64,000 bases of DNA from an uncultured delta proteobacterium (lineage in GTDB: Bacteria > Desulfobacterota > Desulfobaccia > Desulfobaccales > 0-14-0-80-60-11), in contig CAVZAM010000030.1 in NCBI GenBank assembly GCA_963773285.1, positions 25,662 through 89,661 on the forward strand. The letters run 5' to 3'. Each line of letters begins with the position of its first letter. Within the stretch, counting starts at the first letter, position 1. The position numbers and the translations under genes are program-made. Below, piece by piece: positions 42,412 to 52,143 of the stretch. Under the pieces are notes generated by a model, which was given only the letters and a program-made list of their open reading frames with translations, did no database searches and was not told the origin of the DNA.

Positions 42412-43272
42412 CTACTTGGCCTCCCCCAAGAGACCCGAGGGTTTCACCACCAGGACAAAGACAAAGAGCCCGAACTCCACCACCGGCACCCAGCTGGTGG
42501 GCATCCAGATGGGGATGACCCCCTCCAGGAGCCCCAGGGCGAGGCCCCCGATCAGGGCCCCCAGGGGGTTGCCCAGCCCGCCCAGGACGCAGATGACGAA
42601 GCTTTTCAGTTCATAGGGGCCGCCGCTGAAGATGGTGAAGGGAAAGATGGTGGAGATGAGCGAGCCCGCCACCGCGGCCAGCAAAGACCCCAGGCCGAAG
42701 GTCAGGGCCAGCATCCGGTAGGAAGGGATGCCCATGAGCTCCGCCGCTTCCCGGTTGTTGGCCACGGCCCGGATGGCCTTGCCCGTCCTGGTGAAATACA
42801 GGAACAGGTACAAAAACGCCGCGAAGCCCACCGCGCCCAGGGCCGCTAGCAACCGCGCGTAGGTGAGGTTCAGAAAGCCGACGCTCAGGGAGCCCAGGGA
42901 GTAGTTGATGTTGTTCTGGTCCCCGCCGAAGATGGCGTTGAAGATCCCCAGCATGATCATGTTCACCGCGAAGGTGGCCAACAGCGACGACAGGTGGGGC
43001 GCCGAGATGACCCGGTGCACCGCGATGACGTAGATCAGCAAGCCGAGGACCAGCCCCACCCCGGCCACCACCACCATGCCGGCATAGGGGTTCAGCCCCA
43101 GGTGGACGAACAGCAGGTAGGTGGTCAGCATCCCCACGGTGATGACCGGCCCGTGGGCCAGGTTGATGACCGACATCACCCCCCAGATCAGGGAGAGCCC
43201 CATGGCGGCCAGGCCATAGACAAACCCCAGGAGAAAGCCGTCGGTGAGGGAATTGATCAGTTGCTGCAGCAT
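42412..43272 (-). CDS. livH: branched-chain amino acid ABC transporter permease
   Basis: 286 aa polytopic protein. N-terminus MLQQLINSLTDGFLLGFVYGLAAMGLSLIWG is typical of LivH. Confidence 0.8.
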   Translation of the reverse strand: MLQQLINSLTDGFLLGFVYGLAAMGLSLIWGVMSVINLAHGPVITVGMLTTYLLFVHLGLNPYAGMVVVAGVGLVLGLLIYVIAVHRVISAPHLSSLLATFAVNMIMLGIFNAIFGGDQNNINYSLGSLSVGFLNLTYARLLAALGAVGFAAFLYLFLYFTRTGKAIRAVANNREAAELMGIPSYRMLALTFGLGSLLAAVAGSLISTIFPFTIFSGGPYELKSFVICVLGGLGNPLGALIGGLALGLLEGVIPIWMPTSWVPVVEFGLFVFVLVVKPSGLLGEAK

Positions 43273-43320
43273 ACCGGGTCTTCCTCCTGGGGCGTCGCGG
43301 TAAACAAGCCGGTCAGAACC

Positions 43321-44662
43321 TTATCGGGCCGGACACAAAAAGGCCTTGGCCGAGGCCGCCGATTCAGGCCAGACGATCTGCTTGACAAAGGTGCCCTTGG
43401 GGTCTTTGAACCACTGGATGTAGACCATCTCGTGGCCGATCTGCAGGCCGTGGTTGTCCTTGCCGTTGGCAAACTTGATGTCCCCGTAGAAGGTCATCAG
43501 CTTCATGTCGTCCAGGGCCTTTTTGACCTTGTCGGTGTCGATGGACCCGGCCTTCTCGATGGCCGCCTGGAGGATCATGGCCGCGGCGTAGCCGCCGGCG
43601 CTGTGGTAGGAGGGGTCCTCGTTATATTTTTTCTTGTAGGCCTCGTCAAACTCGGCCACCGTGGGCCCGAACCATTCCGTGGCAGGCAGCCTTGGCGGCC
43701 TCGGGGGAATACTTGACCCCCGGCTCCCACTGGCTCGGCCCCACCACCGCCAGGCAGGCGGTCCCCAGCTCGGCGAACTTGGGCTCGGGCGGCGCCACCA
43801 GGAAGGCGAACATCTTGGCGTTGACCTTTTTCTCGTAGAGCTGCTTGGTCAGGGTGCTGGTGTCGGCGAAGTGGCCGCCCCCCATGATGGCGTCGGTGCC
43901 CGGGGGGATCTTGTTGATGAAGGCCCCGAAATCGGTGGTGTCCTTGTCGTAGCCTTCAAACAGCACCACCTGGTAGCCCTTGCTCATGGCATAGGACTTG
44001 AGGGCGTTCACCACGTCGGTGGAGAACTTGTCTTTTTCATGGATAATGGCTATTTTTTTGGCCCCCGGCGCCAGCTTGGCCAGCATGTCGATGGCCCCGG
44101 TGAGGTAGCGGCTGGCGGGGGTGTAGGCCTGATAGATGAGGGTGTAGCCTTTGCTGTAGGTGGAATCGGATGCGGCGCCGGTGGTGATCATGATCTTGTT
44201 GTACTGCTGGGCGATCACCGCCGAGGCGTCAGCCAGGCCGCTGCTGTAGGGGCTGATGAGAAAATCGGCCTTGTCGTTGTTGATGAGCCTGGTGTAGAGC
44301 TCCTGGACCCGGTCCTTGTTGCTTTCGTCGTCGTAGTCTTTGGCGACCACGGTGACCTTGGTCCCGTCCGCCAGGGGGATGCCCCCCTTGGCATTCACCC
44401 GCTCCATCCACAGGTTAAAGCCGTTGATCTGGCGTTCGCCTTCGGTTTTGAGCGGCCCGGATTTCGAAGCGGTAAAGCCGATGGTGACGGTCTTGGCGCC
44501 TTTGGTTTCAGGGGCAGGTGTCGCGGCAGTGGCCGGGACCTGAGGTTGCTGCCCGGCTTGAGGTTTTTCTGCCTTGGGTTCGGGGCTTTCCTTCCCGCAA
44601 CCCAGCAGCAGTAACCCGCAGGCCACCAGCATCACCACAAACAATCCTCTCCACGTCCTCAT
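43321..44662 (-). CDS. ABC transporter substrate-binding protein (Leu/Ile/Val-binding family), apparent frameshift near 43670
   Basis: Lipoprotein-like signal LLLLGCGK and a type I periplasmic binding fold (IGFTASKSGPL..., AYTPASRYLTG). Pieces 43646-44662 and 43321-43659. Confidence 0.8.
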
Positions 44663-44836
44663 GCGCTTCCTCCTTTGACGGCAATAAACAGAAATTTAGC
44701 TTTATTTACCCCCTCCCGCCGTCTGGATGAGGGGGACAGGGTAAAATTGATTTTCCTTGAAGGGCAGCTTTGGCGTTTATTAAGGTATAACATTTATCCA
44801 AAATTGAAGATAATTCAAGAGAAAGTTGTCAGACAC

Positions 44837-45553
44837 ATGAGCCGGTCGGGGAAATTCATCGATAATAAAGTAAATCTGACCTTCCAGCTCCGGGCCAGCC
44901 GGCGCCGCAAGAGCGTCGGGCTCACCGTCACCGACACCGGCGAGCTCCTGGTGCACGCCCCCCAAAGCCTGTCGCTGGCGGCCATCCAGGAGGTCATCCA
45001 CAAGAATCTCGCCTGGATAGTCAAGAAGCAGGCCGAGCGCCGGGAGGCCTGGGGCCGCCTGGAGCCGGGCAAGGTCTATTACCGCGGCCAGGCCCTGACC
45101 CTGGCCTTGACCGACTCGGGGCCGCCGGGGGTTGTCCTGTCGGACGGCGTTTTGCACCTGCACCTCGCGCCCCGCACTCGGGACCCCTGGCGTCACCTGC
45201 TGACCTGGTACCAGGAAGAGGCCCGAGCCATTCTCGCCGCCCGGGTGCGCCACTACGCCGCCGCCATGGGGCTGACCGTGCCCTCCCTGGAGCTGCGCAA
45301 CTGGCGCCGCCGCTGGGGCGAGTGCCACCCGGAAGGGCACCTGCGCTTCAACTGGCGCCTGGTGCTGTTGCCCCCCGACATCCTCGATTACCTGGTCGTC
45401 CATGAGCTGGCTCACTTCATCGTCCCCGGCCACCCGCCGCGTTTCTGGCGGGAGGTGGAAAAGTACCTGGGGGATTTTGCCGCCCGGCGCCGCTGGCTCA
45501 GGGTCTACGGCTCCCCCTTTCTGGTATGGCAGTGGGAAGCGGCGGCGGCTTGA
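44837..45553 (+). CDS. YgjP-like (DUF45/M48 family) metal-dependent hydrolase
   Basis: HExxH in YLVVHELAHFIVPGHPPRFW. RWGECHPEGHLRFNWRLV is typical of DUF45. ATG 44837 is chosen within ORF 44675-45553. Confidence 0.75.
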   Translation: MSRSGKFIDNKVNLTFQLRASRRRKSVGLTVTDTGELLVHAPQSLSLAAIQEVIHKNLAWIVKKQAERREAWGRLEPGKVYYRGQALTLALTDSGPPGVVLSDGVLHLHLAPRTRDPWRHLLTWYQEEARAILAARVRHYAAAMGLTVPSLELRNWRRRWGECHPEGHLRFNWRLVLLPPDILDYLVVHELAHFIVPGHPPRFWREVEKYLGDFAARRRWLRVYGSPFLVWQWEAAAA

Positions 45554-45640
45554 TGGGCCGGCGTTCTGTTCTCCAGATCTTTCTGGATAGAAGCTGCCCG
45601 TGATGGCTTTCGTCATTTCCCTGGCAAATGCCCCCCGGTT

Positions 45641-45826
45641 TAGACTCCCTCTCCCCTCGCGGCTCTCGCTTCCCGTCCAGGCTCCCTCGCCCTTACAGTC
45701 TCCCTTACCCCGGCACAGGCTTCCACTCTCCTGGCAGACTCCCTCTCTCCAGGCAGACCCCCTCTCCCCCCACCAGACTCCCCCTCTCCCCCCTGGGGAG
45801 AGGGTCGGGGTGAGGGGGGCATAGCA
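45641..45826. repeat. polypyrimidine tract built from about 8 degenerate tandem 18-22 bp units (G)CAGACTCCCTCTCYCC, ending in a CCCTCTCCCCCCTGGGGAGAGGG hairpin plus GGGGTGAGGGGGG
   Basis: Read directly: TAGACTCCCTCTCCCCTCGC / ...AGTCTCCCTTACCCC / GCAGACTCCCTCTCTCCAG / GCAGACCCCCTCTCCCCCCAC / CAGACTCCCCCTCTCCCCCC. The plus strand is almost only C and T. Confidence 0.7.
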
Positions 45827-46605
45827 CAGACCCGCGTTTGGCATAGCTACCACGCCCGAATGGTAGGGGCATGGCTTGCCATGCCCTGTCTCGACTGATG
45901 CCAATGTCTCTGTTCCATTTATTCCGCCACCCGTCCCACCCGTACTGGCCCCCGGCGCCGCCTTTGCTACAGTGGACTCAGGCCCGGGCTTCGTCTGCCC
46001 GCCCCTTCCCTGAAAAAACCATGGAGGCCCAAAAATGCCCGCGTTGCGGAACAAGCCGTATTTTTTTATCAAGCAGATCCCTGCAACTTCCAAGAATCAC
46101 AGTAAATATTTGCCTGTTTGCCAAGGCGGCAGCAAGCGGCACAATAACGGCACACACCGGCAACAAGCCGAAATATATGCGGAAACTAACGGCACGCATG
46201 CGGTAACTGCCGGGACACGTGCGGTGCTGTTCCGCCACTTGTTCCTGATTATTTGTCCCAACCGTCCCGGGCACAGACGTAACCATTATAGAATTATTGC
46301 ATAACTTTTTTTTGGCCCGCTTGTGCCCGGGGGAACTTGATCCTTCGCCTCGAAAAAAATGTATAATCAATAGGTTAAGTCATTAGCCAGCGGCGTTGGA
46401 GCAGTGGCTGCCGGGCGAAATTTTGCCCCAAAAAGACCTGTTTTGAGGGGTTTTTTGCCAAAAATTTGCCTTTTTCGGGATTTTTTTATCAGTAACTTGG
46501 GGGAATCTCTTTGAAAAAAAACCGCCCCAGTCTTACAATAAGCCACTGCTAAAGCCATTAGCATTATCCGCCGGTTAATTTCCCGGCTTATCACAGGAGG
46601 TTCGC

Positions 46606-47196
46606 ATGCAGGTTTGGAGGCATACATGGCTTCGGGGAGCTGCCCTGGGGCTGATGGTGTTGCTGGGCGTCAGCTTCGCCCAGGCAGCGCAGTTCAGCGC
46701 CACCATGGTCACCAAGGCGGGGGGCATGGAAATCCCCGGCAAAATAACCGTGAAGGACAACATGGTGCGCAACGAGGTCAACACCGGCGGGCAAACCAGC
46801 ATCCACATCCTGCGTCCCGACAAACAAGTGGTGTGGATTGTCCTCCCCCAGCAGAAGGCCTACGTGGAGATGCCCATCACCCAGGAGGCCCGGCAAAAAC
46901 TGCTGCCCATAACCGAGGAGCAGAAGGCCAAAATGACCAAGGTGGGCAGCGAAACCATCAACGGCTATGTGTGCGACAAATACGAGAGCACCATGCCGCA
47001 CCAGGGCAAACCCGTGAAAGTCTTTACCTGGATAGCCCCGGATCTGGGCATGCCCATTAAAGTCGTGTCCGCCGACGGCTCCTTCTCCCTCGAGTACAAG
47101 GACATCAAGAAGGCAGAGGTGCCTGATTCCCTGTTCGAGGTCCCCAAGGACTACAAAAAGCTGAAAATGCCCTTTGCCATGCCCCCGGCCAAGTAG
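46606..47196 (+). CDS. DUF4412-like (LolA-fold-like) secreted protein, copy 1
   Basis: Signal peptide ending SFAQA/AQ. FSATMVTKAGG...GKITVKDNMVRNEV...ILRPDKQVVWIVLPQQKAYVEMP...FEVPKDYKKL fits DUF4412. Confidence 0.6.
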   Translation: MQVWRHTWLRGAALGLMVLLGVSFAQAAQFSATMVTKAGGMEIPGKITVKDNMVRNEVNTGGQTSIHILRPDKQVVWIVLPQQKAYVEMPITQEARQKLLPITEEQKAKMTKVGSETINGYVCDKYESTMPHQGKPVKVFTWIAPDLGMPIKVVSADGSFSLEYKDIKKAEVPDSLFEVPKDYKKLKMPFAMPPAK

Positions 47197-47231
47197 CGGC
47201 GGCTGAGATCTCGCCGAGAGGAGAATCAACC

Positions 47232-47930
47232 GTGCACGAACACGCCAACGCCCGTGACAATATCGACACCATGATCAGGAGCGGCGACCTCCCCGGCTTG
47301 CTGCGCCAGGCCGAGGCGCTTCACGGCCACCTCTGCCCCTTCGTCTCCCTGGGGGTGAAGGCCGGCCAGTACGCCATGCAGCGCCTGCACACCGGCAGCA
47401 CCGGCATGGAGGAGGTGGTGGCCATCGTGGAGTGCAACAACTGCTTCACCGACGGCATCCAGGTGGTCACCGGCTGCACCTTCGGCAACAACGCCCTGGT
47501 GTTTCGGGACCTGGGCAAGACCGCGGTGACCGTGGCCTTAAGGGGCAAAAGCGAGGGCCTGCGCCTGGTGGTGCGCCCCCAGTACCGGGATGAGATGTTC
47601 GCCCGCTATCCCGCCGCCGGGCCCCTGTTCGAAAAAGTGGTAGTCCAGAGAAACGCCACCCCGGAAGAGGAGCACCACCTGCATCATATCTGGCCGGCCA
47701 TGGCCCACAAGGAGTTGGAGCGGCCCCTGGAGGAAAGCCTGGTGGTCCAGGAGGTGAAGGTCACCCTCCCGGCCTACGCCCGCATCTACCCCACCGCCGT
47801 CTGCTCCCAGTGCGGCGAGGGCGTCATGGAGCCCCGGGTCCGGCTGGTAAAGGGCCAGCCCACCTGCCTGACCTGCGCCGGCGTCGACTACGCTGAACTT
47901 ACCGGCCAGGGCATCGGCTGCGGCCGTTAA
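47232..47930 (+). CDS. FmdE-family protein with C-terminal zinc ribbon
   Basis: HGHLCPFVSLGVKAG motif, CNNCFTDGIQVVTGCTFGNN and C-terminal CSQCGE...CLTC. GTG start. Confidence 0.8.
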   Translation: MHEHANARDNIDTMIRSGDLPGLLRQAEALHGHLCPFVSLGVKAGQYAMQRLHTGSTGMEEVVAIVECNNCFTDGIQVVTGCTFGNNALVFRDLGKTAVTVALRGKSEGLRLVVRPQYRDEMFARYPAAGPLFEKVVVQRNATPEEEHHLHHIWPAMAHKELERPLEESLVVQEVKVTLPAYARIYPTAVCSQCGEGVMEPRVRLVKGQPTCLTCAGVDYAELTGQGIGCGR

Positions 47931-47947
47931 TATAATACAGAGTTATC

Positions 47948-48127
47948 CGGGGGAGGGGGCCAGGGGTCGCAGACCCCTGCCCCCTCCCCCGGACCCCCTT
48001 CCCCAACCCCTTATAGGGTTTAATCCGAGAAAGTTAGGACTTTAAGCGACGCTTCCTCGAACATTATGCGGGTTGGGTGGGGGGTGTGGGGGGAGGGTAG
48101 GGACCTCAGGTCCATAGCCCTCCCCCC
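47948..48127. repeat. composite G/C-tract palindromic intergenic element, full-length copy
   Basis: CGGGGGAGGGGGCCAGGGGTCGCAGACCCCTGCCCCCTCCCCCGGACCCCCTTCCCCAACCCCTTATAGGG, a spacer, then GCGGGTTGGGTGGGGGGTGTGGGGGGAGGGTAGGGACCTCAGGTCCATAGCCCTCCCCCC. Confidence 0.8.
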
Positions 48128-48143
48128 ACGAAGGAGTCCCATT

Positions 48144-48749
48144 ATGTATCGATTCGCTCGAAAATGCCTGCTTCTCTGGCTGTTGCCGGCTCTGGTGCTG
48201 CCGCTGAGCGCCTGGGGGGCGGAGTTTACCGCCAAGATGGTCCTGACCCAGCAGGGCCAGGCCACCACCGGCAAGATTTACGTCAAGGACAAGAAGATGC
48301 GCCAGGATTTCCTGGACGACCGGGGGCAGACCATCACCATTGTCAGGCGCGACAAAAACCGGGTCTGGGTGATCATGCCCGCGGAGAACACCTACGTTGA
48401 TCTGCCCCTGGGCCCCCACCTCCCCGGCCAGTTTCTGCAGATCCCCCCTGAGGCCATGAGCAGGCGCCAGGTCTGCAGCGAAGAGCTGAGCGGCTACCAG
48501 GTGGAGCGCCTCGAAGTGACTTTACCGGGCGGCCCCTTGGGCACCACCCGCCAGACCTTCTGGATGGCCCCGAAACTGGGGGTCCCCATCAAGACGGTCT
48601 CCGCCGACCGGCAGTATAGCATCGAGTACCGCGACATCAAGGAAGGCAAGCTGGAGGACCGCCTCTTCGAGATTCCCGCCGGCTGTCAGAAGGTCGCCAC
48701 CATGGGTGGAATTCCCTTAAGCCCGCGGGGGCCGGGTTTCGCCGGCTGA
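48144..48749 (+). CDS. DUF4412-like secreted protein, copy 2
   Basis: Signal peptide ending LSAWG/AE. It is paralogous to 46606-47196 (FTAKMVLTQQG...GKIYVKDKKMRQDF...IVRRDKNRVWVIMPAENTYVDLP...FEIPAGCQKV). ATG 48144 is chosen because the ORF part upstream is repeat sequence. Confidence 0.6.
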   Translation: MYRFARKCLLLWLLPALVLPLSAWGAEFTAKMVLTQQGQATTGKIYVKDKKMRQDFLDDRGQTITIVRRDKNRVWVIMPAENTYVDLPLGPHLPGQFLQIPPEAMSRRQVCSEELSGYQVERLEVTLPGGPLGTTRQTFWMAPKLGVPIKTVSADRQYSIEYRDIKEGKLEDRLFEIPAGCQKVATMGGIPLSPRGPGFAG

Positions 48750-48772
48750 GCCTGGCCGTGGCTCGGCAACGT

Positions 48773-49676
48773 TCAGGCGGAGTCCCGGGCAGCCAGAATT
48801 TCCACGGCTCTAAAACCCAGGGCCATCAACCCCTCCTCGGCCTGCTGCCGCCGCCGCTTCAGACCGAAGGCCACATCCCCGGTGACCCGGTTGGTGAACA
48901 CCGCGCAGGCGCCGCCGGCCCGGAGGTTACAGGAAGAGACCCGGGCCAGGGCCAGATAGACCGACATCTCCATCTCCAGGTTTAAGACCCCGGCGCGCCT
49001 CAGGCGCTCCACCTTGTCCGGTTCAGCGGTGGGGAAACCGGGCACCCGCCTCCCCTGGCCGGCGTAGAAATCGGCGGTGGTGCAGGTGGTGCCCAGGTGA
49101 TGGGGCAACTGCAGTTCCCCGGCCGCCTGGACCAGGGCCTGGATCACCGCCGGGTGGGCCGGCGACCGGGCCATCGTCGGGGCAGTAGTAGTGGGAAGTG
49201 TGCTCGTCCCGGATGGCCTGGCGGGTGATAATCAGGTCCCCCACCTGGATGTGCGGCTGCAAGGCCCCGCAGCTTCCCAGGCGGATGAAGGTCAGGTCCC
49301 GGGCGCACTGGCAGGCTTCCACTATGGCAATGGCGGTGTTGTCCGGACCGATGCCGGTAGCCATGAGGGTAACGGGGATCTGACGGTATAAACCGGTTAT
49401 GGTCAGGAACTCCCGGTAGCGGCGGCGGATCTGCACCCGGTCCAGAAATTTGGCCAGCCTGCGGACCCTGGCGGGGTCGCCGCAGGTGAGGACATAGGGG
49501 GCGATGTCCCCGGGGCCGCAGTTGATGTGGTAACACCTGCCCTGCTCATTTAGGGCCACATCAGGGGGAGGCCCGGTCACGGGTACTCCAGGGCCCGCCA
49601 CCGCAGCCCTGACCCCCCCGGGGTGTGGCCGCCGGCGAAGAGCGTCGATGTGCAGCCGATCAAGATCTGACGGCAA
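48773..49676 (-). CDS. nucleoside phosphorylase (PNP/UDP family 1), apparent frameshift near 49165; start uncertain
   Basis: VLTCGDPARVRRLAKFL, TGLYRQIPVTLMATGIGPDNTAIAIVE, FIRLGSCGAL and VLNLEMEMS are present. Pieces 49023-49676 and 48773-49174. Confidence 0.75.
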
Positions 49677-49860
49677 GGGTGGTCACCTGCGGACAGTAAG
49701 CTTATGAACGTGTGATGGTTAGCAGACTTCGATTGGCATAGCAAACCACGCCGCGAGCGGTAAGGGGCGTGGCGGAGGGCAATGCAGAAATATACCCGGG
49801 CAAACGGGGGGCCCGGCTTAGAGCAGACCCCCCTGGCGGATTTTCCTTACGAACGGCTGG

Positions 49861-50124
49861 CTAATGGTATACCCGGGTTTTCTTCTGGATGATGGCGGTG
49901 AGAGACTCGACTTCCTGCTGGGAGAGCTCCACCCTGCCCTTGTCTTCCTGGGTTTGGCCCAGGTTGCGCTGAAAATTGAGCAGTGATTCCCGGAGATTAT
50001 GGAGCACGGTCTGCAGGGCGTCCAAAGCCAGGACCAGGGCCTCCTGGTGCTGACCGGCCGCCAGCAGTTCCCGGGCCCGCTCTAACTGCGTATTCGCACG
50101 ATTCACATCGGATGAGTAATTCAT
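49861..50124 (-). CDS. small alpha-helical hypothetical protein
   Basis: ATG 50124 (MNYSSDVNRANTQLERARELLAAGQHQEALVLALDAL...). No family recognised. Confidence 0.4.
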   Translation of the reverse strand: MNYSSDVNRANTQLERARELLAAGQHQEALVLALDALQTVLHNLRESLLNFQRNLGQTQEDKGRVELSQQEVESLTAIIQKKTRVYH

Positions 50125-50273
50125 GACAAGCCTCCACTGGACACTTGTCAAACGTAAAAGCAAGTATCATACCACGCCCGGCATATTTAATATGATTAAT
50201 AATATCAGGTAATTAAATTGGCAGAATCCAGACTCGATGTTTAAATAACTTGACAGCGGGTTCCAATAATTGG

Positions 50274-50843
50274 CTAGGAAGTTAACTTATCGGAAAATTG
50301 CCAGGCACCGGCGGGCAACATAAAATCTTTGGCCTCTTTGAGGAGCAGCTTGTAGCGGTCCACGAGGTCCAGGAGCTGCTGCTGCTGACGCTGCATGACC
50401 GCCAGGGTCTCCTGCAGGTTGGCCAGATCTTCCCGCAGGCGCTGGTTGTCCCGGTGCAGGGACACGTTTTCCCGGTCGAGGCGCATGACCTCCTCCTCGA
50501 GGCCGCCTTGCGCGGTTTGCAGTTCCTCCTCCCGGCGCCGCAGCTCTTCGGTGCGGTGGGCGTAAGCCTCTTCGATGCGACCGGAGAGGCGGGCCTGGGT
50601 TTCCTGCACCACCAGCTCCTCATAAAGGCGGCTCCAACTCTCGAACCCCAGGCAGACGTTGGCCACATAATGAAAACGGCGGCGGTCCTCGCTGGTTAAA
50701 TCGTCATAGAAGGCCTGCAGCTTTTGGGTGGATAACGCGGCCAGGGCCGTCTGGAAGCTCACGGCATCGCGGTCCGGGTCGACAATGAGAGGGGTTTGGC
50801 GGATGAGCTGCTTGATGACTTTGAGGGGCTCGAGGTTTTTCAT
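50274..50843 (-). CDS. hypothetical protein with long C-terminal coiled coil
   Basis: 189 aa with a heptad-like Glu/Arg/Leu/Gln-rich segment (EELRRREEELQTAQGGLEEEVMRLDRENVSLHRDNQRLREDLANLQETLAVMQRQQQQLLDL). It is same-strand downstream of the nucleotidyltransferase gene. Confidence 0.5.
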   Translation of the reverse strand: MKNLEPLKVIKQLIRQTPLIVDPDRDAVSFQTALAALSTQKLQAFYDDLTSEDRRRFHYVANVCLGFESWSRLYEELVVQETQARLSGRIEEAYAHRTEELRRREEELQTAQGGLEEEVMRLDRENVSLHRDNQRLREDLANLQETLAVMQRQQQQLLDLVDRYKLLLKEAKDFMLPAGAWQFSDKLTS

Positions 50844-50858
50844 AGCTATATGTGCTGC

Positions 50859-51923
50859 TTAGAATTCCACCACGGTGTCGTCCCCCAGGAGGAGCTGCAG
50901 GGAGCGGTGGCGGTGGTGCTTGGCCACCCTGGCGTTCCGCCCCACCAGGCTGTCCTCCAGGCGGTCCACCTGGGAGATGGTGACCCCGGCCAGGAGCACC
51001 GAGTGCTCGATGACGGAGTTTAACACCCGGGAGTTATCGCCAATGCTGGTAAAGGGGCCGATGAAGCTGTCCTCGATGAGGCAGCCCTCGCCGATCACCG
51101 CCGGGCCCCGGATGGTGGACCGCACCACCCTGGTGCCCGCCCCCACGGCCACCCGGCCGCTGATGTGGCACTCGGCGTCCGCCTCCCCCAGGATCTCCCG
51201 CCGGCACCACTCGTCCAGCACCTGGGTGTTGGCGGTGAGCAGGTCATCTTTTTTGCCGGTGTCCAGCCACCAGCCCTCCAGCCGGCGCCAGTCCACGTTC
51301 TTGCCGGTACTCAGAAGCTCCTGGATGGCGTCGGTGATCTCCAGTTCCCCCCGCCAGGAGGGCTGGAGAATATCGATGGCCGGATGCACCGCGGTGCTGA
51401 AAAAATACACCCCCACCAGGGCCAGGTTGGTGGGCGGGGTTTGGGGCTTTTCAACCAGGCGCACCAGACCGCCCTGGCCGTTTAACTCGGCGATGCCGAA
51501 CTGGCTGGGATTCTCCACTTCCTTGAGGAGAATCAGGGCGTCCAGGTCCTGCTCCTGGAAGGTCTTCAGAAAGGCGGTGATGTCGCTGCTGATGAGGTTA
51601 TCCCCCAGGTACATGACAAAAGGTGAGTCCAGGAGAAAGGGACGGGCGGTTTTCACGGCGTGGGCCAGCCCGGCGGGCTCTTTTTGGGGGATATAGGTGA
51701 TGGACACCCCGAAGCGGCTGCCGTCCCCCGCCGCCTCCCGGATCATGTCCCCGGTTTCCGGGCTGATGATGATGCCCAGGTCTGTGACCCCGGCCCGGGC
51801 CAGGTTCTCGATGACATAGAACAATATGGGTTTGTTGGCCACCGGCACCAGCTGCTTGGCCGCGGTGTGCGTGAGCGGCCTGAGCCTGGTGCCCTTGCCG
51901 CCGCTTAAAATCAAGCCTTTCAC
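50859..51923 (-). CDS. sugar-1-phosphate nucleotidyltransferase (glucose-1-phosphate thymidylyltransferase-like, long form with C-terminal left-handed beta-helix)
   Basis: MKGLILSGGKGTRLRPLTHTAAKQLVPVANKP, EPAGLAHAV, YLGDN and hexapeptide-like repeats at the C-terminus. Intact at 354 aa. Confidence 0.85.
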   Translation of the reverse strand: MKGLILSGGKGTRLRPLTHTAAKQLVPVANKPILFYVIENLARAGVTDLGIIISPETGDMIREAAGDGSRFGVSITYIPQKEPAGLAHAVKTARPFLLDSPFVMYLGDNLISSDITAFLKTFQEQDLDALILLKEVENPSQFGIAELNGQGGLVRLVEKPQTPPTNLALVGVYFFSTAVHPAIDILQPSWRGELEITDAIQELLSTGKNVDWRRLEGWWLDTGKKDDLLTANTQVLDEWCRREILGEADAECHISGRVAVGAGTRVVRSTIRGPAVIGEGCLIEDSFIGPFTSIGDNSRVLNSVIEHSVLLAGVTISQVDRLEDSLVGRNARVAKHHRHRSLQLLLGDDTVVEF

Positions 51924-52143
51924 CCTTTGCCCTCCGCTGGCATTGCTGCGTTCATTATCGACTCATTTTGCTAAATTATTAAACGCCTTTTGTCCATCCG
52001 AGGTCAAGTCCGGTTTCCACAAAATAATCTATCAGGGGGGAAACGGCCAGCCCCGGGGCGCGGTCCACGATTGCATTTAGCCTGGAGATATGTTACCGTC
52101 AGCCATCTTTTTGTGGCATATCCAACCCTTATCCCGAGCTGCC

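Noticed and set aside
45641-45826. The tandem repeat tract as a CRISPR array.
   Set aside because: The units are degenerate and directly abutting, with no unique spacers. They are only 18-22 bp long and pyrimidine-only. No cas genes or leader are present in the window.
44780-46093. A 437-aa minus-strand ORF spanning the ygjP region and the repeat tract.
   Set aside because: It is antisense to the YgjP-like gene, which has HExxH. Beyond that it is translated from the polypurine repeat (GERG/GEGR low complexity). It has no start context or domain features.
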